DNA of 64,000 nucleotides from Gracilinanus agilis (lineage: Eukaryota). The notes beneath the pieces were generated by a model. That model saw nothing but the letters and a program-made list of their open reading frames with translations, did no database searches and had not been told where the DNA came from. The stretch is taken from NCBI RefSeq assembly GCF_016433145.1, contig NC_058131.1:601381775-601445774 (forward strand), given 5' to 3'. The stretch's first letter is position 1, and each line of letters starts with the position of its first letter. A program made the position numbers and the translations under genes. Below, one piece after another: positions 34,301 to 46,000 of this stretch.

Positions 34301-37300
34301 TAGTGGAGAGTACCCAAGGAAAGGGAAACATAGAACTTAAATGAGGGCAGGGTCCTTTGGTGAATTTTAAAAGTCATTCGGGAACCCATGATATATGAGT
34401 AAAGGAAATATGGCAAAAACCTTGGGAAGGAGTGGAATGTAGGAAAGAGTGCAGGATGGGATTAGGAATATACCTCCTTATGATAACCTGAGAATACAGA
34501 ATTTGTCCTTTCACAGGACGATGTCTGCATGCACTTGACCAACTATGCCATCAACAAACACAATGAGAATTTTGTCCGGGATGAGACTATAGGCAGTAAG
34601 AGGTAATTCTCCTTTTATCTCCCCAACTTCCATTTTTCTCCTGCCCAGCCCAGCCTAGCCCAGCCCAGCCCTGCACAAGCACTGTGAAAGTCTCAGTTGT
34701 CCAGGCAATTGAGGGTCCTCTTTGGAGTCTGGTTTCTCTTTAACATTCAGGAACAGTTCTCCTATCTCAGGCTCTCTGGACTCTTGCCCATGAATCTTTG
34801 TCTCCAACTCAGAAATCATACTCAGATTCCAATCTTCCCTCTAAAGAGTAATTTTCTTTGAAACCAGAAGGGTATGGGGTTGGAGAGTCTCCTGCCTATG
34901 GCAAGACCCAAGAGCCATGGGTATTAGTCTTCTGAGTACTGGGTCTCACAGGAAGCTGTCAACACTCAATACCTGGCTGAGGGACCACAGCTACGAGCCA
35001 AGAGAACTGTGGGGGGATATCGAGGACATCATCATCAAGACTGTAATCTCCGCTCATTCCGTCCTTCGACACAACTATCGAACCTGCTTTCCACAGTATT
35101 TGGGTAGTGGTACTTGTGCCTGCTTTGAGATCCTTGGCTTTGATATATTACTGGACCACAAGCTGAAGCCCTGGCTGCTAGAGGTGAGGATAGTCCCCAG
35201 GATGTTGGAAAACCAAGATCAAGGGAACAGTCAAATTGAGACCTCTGTCCCTGGGTGAACCAAAGCAGTGAACCCCCCCTGGTCCAAGATATAGTCATGA
35301 TTTCTTTGCCTTGTCCTAATTTGTGAAATTTGCAGTGACCTTTATTACAACCTGTTTGTAGATTAGACAACATAGGTTTAGTCTATTCATCTTTAGCCAC
35401 TGAGAGAGATATCTCTGTTAATGATATTTCAGTTATCCCTAATTTATCAGCTGCAAATGATCACTAGCACTTTGGGGGGACTTAGGCAGGGGATAAATCA
35501 TGATTCTTCCTGATAGGTAAATCACTCTCCAAGCTTCACCACAGACTCATGCCTTGATCGGGAAGTGAAAGATGCACTTCTTGGTGATGCCATGAACCTT
35601 ATCAACTTACGAGGCTGTGACAAAAAGAAGGTGCTAGAAGAAGATAAGCGGAGAGTTAAGGAACGACTTTTCCAAAGTCATCAACAGCCACGAGAATCCC
35701 GAGAATCCCGGTATTCTGATGTTTTTTTGTGTACAGTTATTTATGTCTGTTAAACCATGAATTTAGCTTACCCCATTGTTTTCTTTCTAAGAGTAGAAAT
35801 TCCTAGCAGGCAGGCACTGGGTCTTGTTTATTTCTTTTTTTACAGTTTGGCACAATTAATAATTTCTGATGATAAAGCTTAGTAACACAGAAAACGAAGC
35901 CATGAATGATGCTGCTGCTATCCTGAAACATAAAAAGTAGCAGAACATGTGTTTTCTGGTGTACCCTTTGTATTGGGGAGGAAAAACTGTCAAAAGCTAA
36001 GTAGATTGGCACTGTTACAATAAATAACTTCAGCTGTACCAACTGTGGATGAATTTATAATCTCAACTAGGATTGGATCACAGAGGGGTTTTCTGTTAAG
36101 AAGCACATTGGTCTGGTTGACTTGAAGTTATCTTTGAGGTGGTTCTGACTAAAGTTTCAAAATGACAAGTTGGAAGTTGGGGAGAAATGCCTTTCAGGCT
36201 TACACTCTGAATCAAACTCTCTCTCTCTCAACCCCACCCCTTCTCTCCCCTTAACTAGGCATGATTCCTACAAGCGAGAACAATTGGAGTCAACAAATGC
36301 GGCATTGCTGGATCAAGAGAGGTATGAGAACTCCCACCTAGGTGGCTATCGACGTATCTACCCTGGGCCAGACACTGAAAAGTATGCACCATTCTTCAAG
36401 CACAACGGCTCCCTTTTCCAGGAGACTGCTGCCTCCAAAGCCAGGGAAGAATGTGCCAGGTACATTGCCCAATTTAACTTTCATCTTAAACTTCCAAATA
36501 GAACCCCAGGTGATTTTAACTAACACAAACTTTTTATTTTCTTCTTCCATTTTCTGATGCTTATTGACACCTAGTTCCTTTCCAATGGCCCAGCATTCCT
36601 GGTCACCATTTCCAGGATCGGTTGTACTTTCACTTATACTCTTCCCAACATTCTTTCACAGTTCTTGGCTCATATTGGGGAGTCAGAATATTCCTTATTG
36701 TCCTCATTACTACTTATAATCTCCCTCTTTCCCAAGCTTTCAAGCTCTCTTTTGAGGTTCATTCAATACATAATTTATCATCAAATGAAGATTTTGGTAT
36801 TTGTTATCTACCCAGCCCCCTTAGACATTCTCCCTCTTTCCTTAATGAGTTCAGTATCCTGCTCTATGATCTCTCTGTCCTCCTCAACTACTGCCCCTCT
36901 TATTAGGGGAATTATCCATATTGATATATCTGCAAACACCCTAATTTCCTTAATTTACTAATTTCCCATTACCTGCTCCCCCACTTTAGCTATAATATAG
37001 AGATGGGTCATTTTTTTGATCTTGTCATCACTAATAAATGTTCACTTTCATGTTCAGGAACTTTGAAACTCTTTTATTTGAACATAGTTGTTTATCATTC
37101 CACCTTTCCATCAGCCTTACAATACCTAACCCTGTGAACCAAATCAATGATACATATATTGCCCTCTATAGAAATCCTGGTCCCCCTTATCCTTTCATCA
37201 GTCAGGCCTTGCCAAAGCCCCAATCTTGGATTATTTTCATTATCTACTGCCTTTGCCTCCTATTCATGTGCTACTGAAAAGACCTGTAGAAAATCAAGAA

Positions 37301-40300
37301 ATTTATGACTACAAATTTGTGTTGCTCCCACTCTGCAGCAAGGCAATCCTTTTATACTCCCCTAAACAACTAAAGTGGATAGAGCACTGGGCCTGGAAGA
37401 GTTCAAATTAAGTCTCAGACACTTACTAGCTGTGTTACTCTGGGCAAGTCACTCAACTCCATTTGTCTCAGTTTCCTCATCTGTAAAATGAGCTAGGGAA
37501 GGAAATGATAAACAACTCCAGTATCTTTGTCAAGAAAACCCCAAATGGGGTCATCAAGAATCAGACATTGATTTAAACAACTGAATAATATATATTCTTT
37601 TGCTTGGTAATCTCATTAGGTCCCATGAATTTAATTTTCCATATGCAAATGATTCTCTAACATTTTACCTGGCCCTAAATTTTCCTAACCTTCAGTATTG
37701 TTTCTTCAACTGCCTTTTGGATTTCTCAAACCATATGTCTTATAGGCATCTCAAACTAAACATGTCCAAAACAGAATCTTTCCCTTAAAATTCTCTCCTC
37801 TTCTATTATTTCCTTCTTCCTCAGGCTTATAATTTTTGTGGTATCTTCAATTCATTATTCTCATTTATTCTTGATATATATATAAAGTAATAAGACTTGA
37901 CAATATATATAGTCAAGTTTTATTGTTTCATCTATCACATCCTCTTTTCTCTGACATAGCCACAACTCTGATGTAGGCCCTTATCACCTTAATTTGGACT
38001 TTTGCAATAGCTTTTTGGTTGGTCTCCTTGACTCAAGTTTTTTCATACTCTACTTAGCTGCCAAAGTGATCTTCTTTAATTTTTTTTTCAGTTACACATT
38101 GAAACAATTTTGATGATTATTTTCTGACATTTTGTGATTGAGATTCAGATTCTCTTTTTCCTTCCCTTCCCCTCCCCAAGGTAGTAAGTAGTGTGATATA
38201 GGTTAAACCAGTGTTTTATGTAAGTGAGGTTCCCATTGGCTTTTTTCCCTCCTTTTTATCAATTCCCAGCATAGAGTCTCTATAGTCCATTCCTCCCACC
38301 CTCTATATTGCTCTAGTACCTGAGAATGCTTTGTCCTGCCAGGCAGCAACTGGAGGAGATCCGCCTGAAGCAGGAACAGCTTGAGGCCACAGGCAACAAT
38401 AACGTCAAGAAGAGGAAAGAAAATAAGGATGTCAACCAGGGTGAATCAGCAGGAGAGAAGACCAGGCCCAGAGTGGGGCCCAAGAGCCTGCCCTCTCGTC
38501 TGAGCTACATGAGGTCTAGGAACCAAGAAAAGCAGGTATCATTGGCTTTAAACTGAATCACAGAATCATTTTATTCAGAGAGCTGCAAGAGACTTGGAGG
38601 AGGTCATGTAGTCAAAATTTTCAATTTTACAGATAAGGAAACTGAGGAAAGTAGAAAGGTTAAATGATTTGCTCAGATGTCACCACAAATAAGCAGCAGA
38701 GATGGAAAGAGAACTTGGGTTTCTTGGCCTTCGTATCACTGCTCTTTCCGATATACCAGGCTCCCTTTTCAGTAGTGAAATTGGGGAGCACAGGAAGATT
38801 TTTAGGAATTCTAACAGAAGGAATATATACTGTCCTATATAAAATAAGTTTTAAACATCTAATTAATTTAGTATATTGAGCTTGGCCTCTGGAAGAGGAG
38901 ATTTCATCAGATATAAGAAAGCAACGAGGGAGGGACATTTAAATCAGAAGATAAACTTAAATCAAAAAACTTAATTTCCCCATTATTAAGGGAAAATTTG
39001 GGTATTATATGAGTAGCATGTTATATTGGAACTTAACAGAGAAAGCAGACAAGTTGAGTGGACAGCCAACCAACAAGGAAGATGGTATGGGAGGGGGGGA
39101 GAACAATGCAAGACCCATTAATATGAACATATTTTACTGCCAGTTTGGGGCCTTCCATTTATCACTTGTGTTTTCTGTAGCTGCCAACAGTACAGGTGGA
39201 CACCATGCAACCTCAAGATATTGTGGAGGAAGAGGAGCTGGAGCGGATGAAGTCCCTTCTCCAAAGGGAAAATCTTATTCGTAGTCTGGGTATTGTAGAT
39301 CAGCTTACCCGTTTGCTGCACCCTACTCAACGATCCCAGAACAAATTCCCTTCAAATCGGGTGAGAGCCCCTTCACACTATTACATAGCATGGGAAGAGG
39401 GTGCTGTAAAATGTGTCAGGGGATAATGCCATCAGTTGTTTAGTTCAGAATTGAGCCTGACACAGTTGCCCACATAAAGGCAACAGTAAAAATTAAAGCC
39501 TTACTAGCTGGGGCCTGAATGGGGGTAGGGGGTGGGGTTGGGTTGGGCTTACACTGAAATACAGTCAGGGATATGCAGTGTCACAGCTCATGAGCTAGCT
39601 GGTCTGGATAATGTTTGTTATTACTCTCATATTTGGAGAGGTGTGGGATATTACTACAAATACTCCTGCCACACTAAAATAAAATGTGACTGTCACATAA
39701 CTAAAGCCAAAGCCATAAGTATTTAAGTCCTCAGTGGCTTCTGAATGGCTTTTTCCAGAATTTCTGGGGCTCAGAGTCAGGACTGCTAAACAAAGTAGAT
39801 AGCCAGCTAAAATACCACATCTTTGGGCCGGGGGTAGGAAGTGCAACAAAAAACATTTAATATTGTTTTTAAATAAATACATATAATTGCAGAAAAATCT
39901 GCTTTTTGTGGCATGTTGATATTTTGTCAAGTTGTATGATTTACAGCAGTGGAACCAAACTCAAATAGAAATGGTCAATGGCCACATATTGACTTAGAAA
40001 AACACAAATTAGCATAATCTGAGCTATACTGTATTTTTATTTATTTTGTTAAACATTTCCCAATTACATTTTAATTTGGTTAGAGCTACACTAGGGACCT
40101 GCTAGTTTGATATCTCTGATTTACAATACAGGTTCAAATCCTCTGATGGACACTAATTTCAAATGCAGGAAAGTATAATTTTCAAGCTTTGCCTAGAATA
40201 CACCAATGCCTTATCTTGATTCCGTTAGAGACTACATGGAAAGATAAGTGGGTGGGTAAATTAGCAAAAAATCTTCTTTATTAGACCTACCTGAGTTGTC

Positions 40301-41955
40301 TACTTTTGTCAAAGCCCAAAGGAAAAGCAGGTTAAATAGTGTGGTTCTTCTAGAAGAAACAATTTTGGCCACCCATTTCTCCCCAAATCTTCTTCCTCCC
40401 AACAAAGGTAGTAAGGCATTACTCTTCTTTTAGGCTAGATTTCACCAGGACGGACTTGGCAACCGAGATGTGCAGTCTGTGAATTTCGTCCCTTTGTCCC
40501 TTCTAAGAGAAGGGTCCATCACAGAACTGGGTCCCAACTTCATACAACCAGTCCGGACTCACACATTCATCCCCAACATCTTGGGCCCATTGTCAAATAT
40601 GAGGGCAACCATCCCCCACCCCTCCCAGTGCCAGCTGCAGCCCAAGAACCTCAACTGGTTAGGTACCTCTTCTACGTTAGGTACCTCTTCTACAGGCAGT
40701 GGTTCGAACTCACTTACAATGAAGAAGTCAGGCAGACGTTATTTTTCCAGTGCCCGATGCAAGCATGAGAGCCGTAAGTACCCAACTATCTCAAATGAGA
40801 AATTAACAATAAAGGGCTCTTTGCAGCTCTTCCTAAATGTCTGGTTTGGCCACTCTCTTTCCCACTTAAGCTGCAGGGTTGTAGTCATCTCAAGTAATTT
40901 AGCCCCTCTCACCTTGTCTAGTTCTAGTAAATACCTAGATAAAATGCCTCAGCTAAAATCCCAAATCACATCATAGGGAATCTGCAGGACTATGGGAATA
41001 GGAAGTCCTTAGGCATTAGGAAAAGTGGTTTGTAATAACCACTGAGCACAGAGGAAAAGGCTCTTGAGGAAATTTCTTAAAAACTAAAGTAGCCTGTCAT
41101 TTAAGTAGTGGAATGAAAACATCTAGGTGAGGCTACAGAAATGTGAATTAAAAAGTCAAAAGTTAATGGGTATAATTACATCCAGGGCTAAAAGAATACC
41201 TCAGGTGAAAAGGGAGTCTTTTCACTTAACACAAAAAGTAAAATTATTGGGGAAACTTGGACTCCTTGCTCCTAGCAGAATTTGGATGATGGATGAAAGA
41301 AAATATATGGGTGCTGTAAACGTTTTTTCCAAATGCTTCTTGGGTCCCATATTCCCTATTTTGATAGGTGGACCAGGGTTGGGGAATGAAGAGTTTCAGA
41401 TTAACAGACCTGGAGTCATGAGCTTGAGCTCTACCATATCCTCAGGGCCCTATGTTTCTATTTTAGAGGGCCAAACAAACAGAAGGCTAGAAGCTATGAA
41501 CCGGGCATTGGCAGGATCAGTGCCACCCTCCCTAACCCCAAGGCAGGGCTACCTTCTGCACCCTGAGAGAGAGGCAAGTGATTCCTGGGCTGGCTGCAGC
41601 TTGCCCTCCATGACAGAATCCAGGCATAGAGCCACAACCCGGGAGCTGACTTTGTGTCCTGCCTCAGCACCCCTTCTCCAGCACTCTACTGCACTGGGTC
41701 TCCTCAACATCAGCAGCCACCACAGGTAAGAGGGGCTCACCTACCCCAGGGGGCTGAGGGAGTGTTACGGTTAACCACCAAGCTGCATTTAGTAACACTG
41801 CTGTGGGGGAAAAAAGGATGAGGTCACGAGAAATCGAGCGTCCCCTAAAACCCTTGGGTTCCAGGGAGGGCAGAAGGACAGCAGGCTGAAGAAAAGCGGC
41901 CGGGGCAGCACTAGTGCGAGCCTCCAGGCTCAGGCCCCCTCTGTCCCCCAGGTGA
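28352..41955 (+). CDS. TTLL13: Tubulin polyglutamylase TTLL13, intact ORF (840 aa)
   Basis: Exons 28352-28593, 29586-29626, 31214-31332, 32845-32975, 33244-33400, 33598-33741, 34517-34602, 34952-35183, 35517-35710, 36259-36459, 38343-38535, 39181-39360, 40434-40773, 41467-41725, 41952-41955 (2523 nt). TTL motifs ICKPDSGCQGRGI, QQYI, KFDMRIYVL, HLTNYAINK, FEILGFDILLD, WLLEVNHSPS. Confidence 0.93.
29987..30585 (-). mobile_element. LTR-like element antisense in TTLL13 intron
   Basis: On the minus strand: U3 tandem repeat, CCAAT box (30275-30279), TATA CTATAAAAAG (30232-30241), AATAAA (30042-30047), TG...CA ends; no clear TSD, so boundaries are uncertain. Confidence 0.5.
30411..30538. repeat. 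Four-copy 29-33 bp tandem repeat (cttcaagtaagtgacttgtgaattctcttactt)
   Basis: Units at 30411, 30444, 30477, 30506. Confidence 0.95.
32040..32640 (-). mobile_element. Marsupial L1 3' end fragment
   Basis: tttttttattt...aagttttccaaagttacatgattcatgttgtc...cacaatttgttcaaccgttcc...tataaatatttttgtacaag. Confidence 0.85.
34034..34220 (-). mobile_element. SINE1_Mdo-like element, reverse orientation
   Basis: aaacccttaccttctgtcttagaatc...gagccacctagctgcccc; TSD-like attaaag. Confidence 0.88.
36560..38090 (+). mobile_element. Degenerate L2 ORF2 fragments (endonuclease region onward)
   Basis: Translation YLPSPLRHSPSFLNEFS resembles L2 endonuclease YRPPGHSPSFLDEFS; interrupted by a MAR1. Confidence 0.7.
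37385..37590 (+). mobile_element. MAR1 SINE
   Basis: gagttcaaattaagtctcagacacttactagc...aactccagtatctttgtcaagaaaaccccaaatggggtc. Confidence 0.85.
39947..40118. mobile_element. Old hAT-type MITE
   Basis: Degenerate TIRs cagtggaaccaaac / gtttgatatctctg with AT-rich interior. Confidence 0.4.
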
Positions 41956-43060
41956 TGGTCCAGAGCCCAGGGCCGGAAGAATGAACCCACTGGTCCTTGG
42001 AAATCAGCGAGCAGACGTTAACATCTGGGCCGAAAAGAGAGCAGGTGACTACTCCCTAGGTCCGACCTCGGACCCGAGCACAGCGCGTAGGAACACAGAG
42101 CCGGGTGACCGGGCGTGGGGCTGCCAGCGCTCAGGAGGATGTCGGCGTGCTGCGGTGTGACGTGAGGCCTGGAGTGCGTGCGCCGGCCGGGGTAGGGGCG
42201 CGCCGCCGCCGCCGCCTAGCGACCGCCCCTAACCGACTGGGGCGGTACCAGGGCAGCCACGGCCTGGGCCGAGACTTAGCTCTTTGCAATTGTATTCGTC
42301 TTTTTATTAAAGTTTTATAGCGTTTCCCTTCCTGCCTGTCACTTCCCCAGCGCCTCACGCTTCAGGGACTGGACTAGGGGGCCCTAAGCCCCTGAGCTGT
42401 TGTCCCCTCACCTGTCACTCGAAACTGGGCTGGGAACGACCCGACCGAACCCCAGCCTCTCTCTAGGACGTCAGGGAGACACTGGCACCAGGCCCCGGGA
42501 CGCCCCGGATTTCCTCCCGTCGTCCCGATCGCTCAGAGTGGAGCCAGCCCCTTCCGTTTCCTGTCCCGACGGACCGAACCGCTGTAGATGGCTCGGGTCG
42601 CATTCCTCCACTTCCTCCACATCGGTTCGGCCTGACTTTTCTGACGTCATGGCCGCTACCTCTAGCCTCTTGGCCATCTCGCGGCTCCTAGTAGCCGCTG
42701 CGTGGTCTCGGCTTGTGGTACGCAGCATGGCGAAACTGCCCGGAACCGGCCCGACCCTGGGTCCTGGCCCAGGGGACTGCGAGCACGACCCGGATTCGGA
42801 TTGGGAGCCGGAGCGGGAGCTGCAAGAGTTGGAGAGGTACCGAAGTCGCGGCTCTTGCCTTCCCCTCTCTGGGGGGGGGGTCTCCTCCCAAAAGCCCAGG
42901 GATCCCACTACCGTGTCTTGCTCCCCTCGGATTGCGGACCAGCCACGGCTTCCTTCCTCATAACGAGCGATGCCTCGGAGCAGCCTGGTAGCGGGAGGCA
43001 GGGTAGCGGAGGGAGGATGCTCGGGCAGCTACGTGATGGTCGACGGTCAGACTGATAGAC
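41880..43060. promoter_or_regulatory. CpG island covering TTLL13 terminal exon and NGRN promoter/exon 1
   Basis: CpG-dense; TGACGTGA 42158-42165, ETS cttcc motifs, full CRE TGACGTCA 42642-42649. Confidence 0.85.
42306..42311 (+). terminator. TTLL13 poly(A) signal ATTAAA (overlaps minus-strand AATAAA 42303-42308)
   Basis: AT-rich island inside the CpG island; upstream TGTA and downstream U-rich element. Confidence 0.6.
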
Positions 43061-46000
43061 TGACGGACTGTACTGACGATTCCAAGTTCAGATCAGCCAC
43101 GCTGTGTGAGGACTTGGCTCTGAGGAAAGACGAAGACCAAGTGATGAGAGGCCCCAGTTTTCGAGGGACCTGCAACGTATTCGTCTGTGGCCTCGACTTG
43201 TCCACCACCTCCCATAACCTGAAATCTGGTTCTCAGCCTCCTCCAGGACAGGATGTTCACCCTACTTTCTGGTCCTCACCGCTGCTTCCCACTCTAGAAG
43301 TAGCTAGTCTTCCTGTCTCATTACAGATATTTCCAATCTCTATATTTCTCCATCCTTGATGCTGTTGAACTCCCTTTAGAGGAGAAAGTATAGGTTTCTT
43401 CATAGGGGTACAGACTTTTTCACCTCCATTCCCTGCAATATTCAGGTGAGGACTTTGAAATTCTGCTTTTTTGGCCCAACTTCATTACCTTCCTCCATTC
43501 CCATTTCCTCTCTCACTAAAACCTACTCCTTGCGTTTAGTGATCACCAGTCATTTACCTATTCCTATTTTAGTTCATCTCTTCTACTTTGACTTCATTTA
43601 CGTCTCTAGGAAGCTGTTGCTAATAGCTATTATCCATTGCCTAACACTTTAATATTTTATAAATTAGTATTCTGTCCCAACCTGCAATTCCCCACTGTTG
43701 TTTCCAGGCTAATTACAAAATTAAGTTTATTTTAGCCACTAAAGATTTATGATACTTAACCTTAGCTATTGTTCAACAGCTCTTTCTGTGTCAGCTTCTC
43801 TGACTTCATTTTCATTGACTACTGCAAACTCCTTTTTCCCCTTCTGGCCTCAATTGTACTCCCACTTCCCATCCAGTTTCCTACTAAAGCAGAAAGATTA
43901 AAGCCATTCAGTGTCAGCTCTGTTTGTCCTCTCATTTCTCATAATTTGTCAACATCATAATTCCTTCTGGCCATAGAGTAAGGGTTATCCCTATTCCTCA
44001 TTAAGACTTGATTCTTCTACCACCTCCCTTGATCTTATTCCTATATTTTTTCCAGAACTTTGTGCCAGGAAATGCTCCCTTGTGTGTCATCATCCTTTTC
44101 TACTGGCACTTTCCCATCTACCTACAAATCTGTTCAGTCTCTAAATCCCTTTTTAAAAAAGTTTTCCTTTGACCCATCTTTTAACACCCTAACTTTTCAC
44201 TGATAAGATTCTGGAAAAAATTGTCTTCCTGAACCTGTCTCTTCTTCACTATCCACTTTGTTTACATCTTTATAATCTCACTTTAGCTCCCACACCATTG
44301 TAATTGAAAGTCCTCACAGGTTAACAAAGATTTTTCTAATCACAATTTTTTTTTTCAATCCTTGACCTATCTATAGAGCATTTGACACCATTGATATATG
44401 ATACTCCCTGATTTTCCTCCTGTGTTTGTTTTCAACTTTCTTGGATGCTTCTCTAAAACCTTTAATGTGCATATGTCCCCAAACAGCTATCCTCCTATCT
44501 CTTACCTTTCCTCTCTACATTTTTTTCCCCTGGGCAACATTGTTCTGCACCTTTGTGATTTTAATTAGCACCCCCTCTTCAGAGATGATTTACATTATCT
44601 CTAGCATCTGACCAGTTCTCTGAGTTCCAAACTCTACAATCCCCTTCTGGATAAATATTTTGAATTTCCCATGAGTACTATAAACTGAGCATTTCTAAAA
44701 TTGAGGTTACTTTTTCTGTCAAATGTTTTCTCCTTCTGACTTTATTGTTTTTGTTTGTGGCATCATCATATACTCACTTAAAATCCTTGGAATCTTATGA
44801 CTTTTCTCTCCTCTCACCTCTTATAACCAGTTACCAAGTCCTGTCAATTCTATCTCATGAACAGATCTCTTTGTTCCTTTATTCTCACTGTTACCTCTGT
44901 AGTAGAGGCTGTCCTTACTACCTTCTTGGACTATTAGTTACCTCTTAAAATGTTTATTTTGATGCTTTTGGTTTTCTATACTACAGTATGCTTCCTCATC
45001 CAAAGAACCCTTTCATTTAACAGAAATTATTTTTTTTAAGCAATCCAAATAATACAACTGCGTTTGATGACTTATGCAACATTTTATAACAGTAGCCTTC
45101 CATCACTTTACTGAGAGGAAAAGTACTGAGAACCAAAAATAATCAGTTCATTCTGAATTCAGGTGCTTTTTAGTGTTGTTTTCATTTACATATCACCATT
45201 CTCCTATTTTTACTTTGTATAGTTCATGCAAGTTTTCCTGTGTTATTCTGAATTCTTCATACTTATCTTGTGGCATAATGAATATAATGGAATACAATCA
45301 CATACCACAATTTGTATAAAAAGTGCTTCAAAAAGTGCTTTTATGAATATTTTGGCATAAAAGCAATAGCTTTACAAAAATCTTCCAACATCACTTCTCC
45401 AATTCATCTCTCTTATCACTGTCAGGATAATTTTATTTCTAGATCGTCATATCATTTTTCTGTTGAAAAATCTAAAATGGCTTGTGAGAGCCTAATGAAT
45501 AAAAAGTTCATACTCTCTTGTTTTGAATTCAAGGCCCTCTATGATTTGGTGCCACCCCTCTTTCCAAGGCTCATCCATGTATCACTTAGTAGCTAGCATG
45601 TCGATAGTCCTACCAACTGAGCAATTATCCATCTCCCTTCTAAAATATGCTTTCTTACCTCTGTATTTACTTATATTGTTACTTTTGCCTAAAATGTCTT
45701 CTCTTCACCTGTTGAATTTCTACTCCAAAGAAAGAGTGCTTGACTTGTAATCAGGAGACTTGGTTTCAAATATATGTGACCTTGGTCAAGTCACTTACTC
45801 TCTAGGTCTTAGTTTCCTTAGTTCGTGGTTAGACTAGAGCCTAATTTTAGTTATATACATGTAATCTTTGGATTGTAATTTAAATCCCAATTCAATTTCA
45901 CTTCCTACATTAAGCTTTTTTCCTTCCTGTCGTAGGTAACAACTTTGTGCTTCATATAGTACTTTATTTTACAACTCTTATGTATTGGCAACATGGAAAA

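Noticed and set aside
34640-34672. (CCCAG)n pentamers resembling Ig switch repeats
   Set aside because: Only about 5 copies; a simple repeat
40774-40976. 67-codon read-through of TTLL13 exon 40434 into the intron
   Set aside because: The donor C|gtaagt is strong and the next exon restores the conserved QGQ.NRRLEA sequence; the extension has no homology I recognise
42471-42908. 145-aa antisense ORF over NGRN exon 1
   Set aside because: CpG-island ORF with no recognisable domain
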